The notes under the pieces were generated by a model. The model was not told the DNA's origin. It was given only the letters and a program-made list of their open reading frames with translations, and did no database searches. Of a stretch of 46,555 nt of DNA, positions 44,491 to 46,555 are shown piece after piece; the stretch's first letter is position 1; every line of letters starts with the position of its first letter. The stretch covers positions 1-46,555 of the IMG/VR virus record IMGVR_UViG_3300022173_000069. One strand, given 5' to 3'. Origin of the DNA: a virus (taxonomy: Duplodnaviria; Caudoviricetes). The position numbers were made by a program, and so were the translations under genes.

Positions 44491-44848
44491 ATTCAATGAT
44501 TTCCTCCCCCTGGTGACTGGAGACCAGGGCTTCGACGGCTCTAGCGTGCGCATCGCGCTCAGCCTTCAGCGTGTCGTTCCAGGCCGCGACCGGCGGAGCG
44601 AAGTTCTCGACCATCCCCCTCAGCGCCTCTTCCAGCTCCCGCTGTCGGGGGTCTGGTGCGCGACGGTTCCACGCAGTGATCCTATCGGCGTCTCTGCCCG
44701 TGACGCGATAATCCACCAGCGGGCACATGTCGTAGGCGGCCACCTCAGGCGGCTCATGGACGAAGAAGTCGGTCGACCGAGTGCTGAACGCCTCGGACTT
44801 CACCAGCCGGGCGCCGCAGAACGGGCAGGGCTTCAGGACTTCATCCAT
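44489..44848 (-). CDS. Lar-like restriction-alleviation protein
   Basis: LKPCPFCG...AWNRR motifs. Confidence 0.65.
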   Translation of the reverse strand: MDEVLKPCPFCGARLVKSEAFSTRSTDFFVHEPPEVAAYDMCPLVDYRVTGRDADRITAWNRRAPDPRQRELEEALRGMVENFAPPVAAWNDTLKAERDAHARAVEALVSSHQGEEIIE

Positions 44849-45344
44849 TGGAGGTCTCCAGGGCTTGCCGGGCGCGATAGAAGTTCGTTGGGCCGAACCA
44901 AACGGCTATCGGCTCTCGCTGACAGCCGTCGCCGGACCAAATCCCGAACCCTGGCGAGCTCTCATCCGGAGCGGTGTTGTTCTCGGCGAACTCAGCGAAC
45001 GGTCTCAGCGCTTCACGTAACTGGATGATCTCTTGGAGTAGGGGGTCATCCGGTGCTCTTTCCCCTTCGTCATGCGGGGCTCGCGGTGTCAGGTCTAGCG
45101 CCAGCAACTCGCGACGGATGCGCGTGCGGTCTGTGTAGAGGGACCACTCAGCGGGGTATTGGCCTTCGTCAACCGCCTCCATCTCGGGAACGATCCGGTC
45201 GACAGTCTCGCGCCATCCAGCAGCGCTCAGACCCTCAGTCGCCCCGGAGGGGCTGCTTCCGCTCTCAGCAACGGATGAACCCATTTCTTCCTCCCCCTCC
45301 AGATCCAGGAGGGCTTGCTTATCGGGGGTCATGGGCGAGTTCAT
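44841..45344 (-). CDS. Mosaic hypothetical protein containing a repeat-bounded in-frame insert
   Basis: ATGA-coupled; reads through repeats B3 and C5 without a stop. Confidence 0.55.
   Translation of the reverse strand: MNSPMTPDKQALLDLEGEEEMGSSVAESGSSPSGATEGLSAAGWRETVDRIVPEMEAVDEGQYPAEWSLYTDRTRIRRELLALDLTPRAPHDEGERAPDDPLLQEIIQLREALRPFAEFAENNTAPDESSPGFGIWSGDGCQREPIAVWFGPTNFYRARQALETSNG
45043..45087 (-). repeat. Junction repeat type C (copy C5)
   Basis: Sense strand ACCGCGAGCCCCGCATGACGAAGGGGAAAGAGCACCGGATGACCC. Confidence 0.8.
45233..45305 (-). repeat. Junction repeat type B (copy B3)
   Basis: Sense strand GAGGGGGAGGAAGAAATGGGTTCATCCGTTGCTGAGAG..GACTGAGG. Confidence 0.8.
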
Positions 45345-45817
45345 GCGGCTTGCTCCAGATCGGCGAGTTGCTTCCACGCCCCGAACCCGTAGGCGTGCTT
45401 GTCCTCGGTCGGATGCTTGTCGGTGCGGGGGCGGGAGGGCGTGTCCCAGCTGCGGCCATCGACGGTCCAGAGGTAGCGCCAGCCGGCGGCTCGGAGGCTT
45501 CCGCCGTCCTCGCTAGCCAGGATGTAGGTCAGGCCGCGCCGGTAGCCCTTGGCCAGCGCAGCGCGCCGAGCGGCGGCGTAGAGCAGCGAACAGGCGTTGG
45601 GCGAGCCATCGGTGCAAAGGCGCGTCACCTCCATGGTCAGGTGATCGTCCAGCGCCTTCGCCACGGGGCGCCCGACGACGGCCACGCCGATCAGTTCTCC
45701 GTCGTCATCATGGGCGCCGTGGAACCACAGATGGCCGACCGGGACGCCGTGGTGGCGATGATGGTCGCGGATGAACTCGCGGGCTTCGTCGCGATAGACG
45801 GGGCGAAGGTCGATCAC
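45341..45817 (-). CDS. XF1762-family protein (GNAT/Mom-like)
   Basis: FIRDHHRHH, GVAVVGRPVA, EVTRLCTDG..NACSLLY, TYIL..E.G.SLRAAGW. Confidence 0.8.
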   Translation of the reverse strand: MIDLRPVYRDEAREFIRDHHRHHGVPVGHLWFHGAHDDDGELIGVAVVGRPVAKALDDHLTMEVTRLCTDGSPNACSLLYAAARRAALAKGYRRGLTYILASEDGGSLRAAGWRYLWTVDGRSWDTPSRPRTDKHPTEDKHAYGFGAWKQLADLEQAA

Positions 45818-46365
45818 CGGTCCCGCCCCTCTATGGTAGAGGGAGCGAGAGCCTTAGCCTTTAGGAAGGCGATGCAGAGGGCGAGGGCGGCTGTGGCGGC
45901 GTCCGTCCCTTCGCGTTCACCCGGGCGCCCGACCGCAGCCCAAAAGGGGCCAAGCGCGCCCGGCACTCGCTCGCTCGGCAGAAGCCGCCGGACCTCCCAA
46001 TACGGTCCTGGACCCGGAAGCTCTCGCTCTATGAGAGCAACGATAGCGTCGAGACTGGTCGTGTAGGGTGGGGCCTTCCAGGAATTGTCGCGCCGCTCAT
46101 AGCCGTCACCGACGACCCATTGAACGATCCGCTCGTTGGTGTCGTCGGGCCGCAGGTCGTACCGGAAGCCCTCACGGAGTTCGGCGGCATGAAACGGTCG
46201 GTGGCCGACTTCGATAGCCAACAGCGTGTCCAGCTCCCGGCTTCCACCTTCCGCCGCTTCAAACCTTGAGATTAGGTCAGTGGAATCAATCATTTGGTCA
46301 TCCGTTGAACGATTGCCTTGTCGCCCAAGAGCGACACACGACGGCTGGCGCGATCTGGAGGTCAT
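45814..46365 (-). CDS. Phage hypothetical protein, paralogue of 2253..2759
   Basis: GSRELD..YTTSLDAIVALIERELPG..ALALCIAFLKA; N-terminus encoded by repeat A8. Confidence 0.7.
   Translation of the reverse strand: MTSRSRQPSCVALGRQGNRSTDDQMIDSTDLISRFEAAEGGSRELDTLLAIEVGHRPFHAAELREGFRYDLRPDDTNERIVQWVVGDGYERRDNSWKAPPYTTSLDAIVALIERELPGPGPYWEVRRLLPSERVPGALGPFWAAVGRPGEREGTDAATAALALCIAFLKAKALAPSTIEGRDR
46296..46365 (-). repeat. Junction repeat type A variant (copy A8)
   Basis: Sense strand GCCAGCCGTCG, TGTCGC/GCGACA hairpin, closing CAACGGATGACC. Confidence 0.65.
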
Positions 46366-46555
46366 CGAACCTCCTCCACGCATTCCGCCGCAAACCGCGT
46401 CGCCAAGGTCTTCAGGTACCGGTCGGAGAAGGTGCGATCCCAGGAGGCGGACACGTAGCGGCCGCCGACCACCATGTTCATTGCGGTGTGGGGCTTGCTG
46501 CGCCCCTTGGCGCTCTGGTCGTAAAGCCCGACCGTCCCATGCGCCGTCAGGATGT
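46362..46555 (-). CDS. Hypothetical protein (5' end outside the window)
   Basis: Open frame ILTAHGTVGLYDQ...RFAAECVEEVR with ATGA overlap. Confidence 0.45.
   Translation of the reverse strand, partial: ILTAHGTVGLYDQSAKGRSKPHTAMNMVVGGRYVSASWDRTFSDRYLKTLATRFAAECVEEVR

Larger units (their letters stand above)
1..46555. mobile_element. Temperate phage genome (P22-like podovirus morphogenesis, lambdoid organisation), permuted, with intact attP
   Basis: Immunity, replication, packaging, capsid, ejection, lysis and integration modules are all present. No tape-measure gene and no host housekeeping genes. Both ends lie in the leftward early operon. Confidence 0.93.

Noticed and set aside
1-46555. 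CRISPR array, diversity-generating retroelement or retron
   Set aside because: I saw no regularly spaced identical repeats with spacers, no reverse-transcriptase motifs and no TR/VR pair.
46500-46555. Terminal redundancy or direct circular join with position 1
   Set aside because: There is no end overlap, and joining the ends does not give a plausible NinB C-terminus, so some sequence is probably missing.

Overview
The window is a nearly complete, GC-rich temperate phage genome with lambdoid gene order and P22-like podovirus morphogenesis genes. The host is probably an Alphaproteobacterium of the Caulobacteraceae type; this is inferred from a GTTC-N7-GTTC LexA box, GcrA-, DnaA- and CtrA-like domains, and many apparently leaderless genes. 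Both ends fall in the same leftward early operon and attP is intact, so this looks like a circularly permuted, excised genome with a small gap. Gene order: leftward early genes (NinB, ERF, many small accessory ORFs, HNH); cI/cro switch with four 17-bp operators; CII-like, RusA, DUF1376 initiator; terS/terL, portal, GroES-like, scaffold, capsid; several fibre/spike candidates with a methyltransferase moron; gp10-like protein and ejection proteins; GH108 lysis cassette; accessory genes; attP (5' half of tRNA-Thr(UGU)), int, xis; C5-methyltransferase, Lar-like and XF1762-family genes. The most unusual signal is a family of about 16 oriented, hairpin-containing repeats of 45-70 bp, in three subtypes linked by a GTTCRTCC/GGAYGAAC inverted core. 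They sit at the junctions of early accessory genes, are mostly translated in a fixed frame, and in one case bracket an in-frame insert inside a gene. This is a candidate undescribed cassette-shuffling or RNA-signal system. All family assignments come from motif recognition by eye; no database searches were run.
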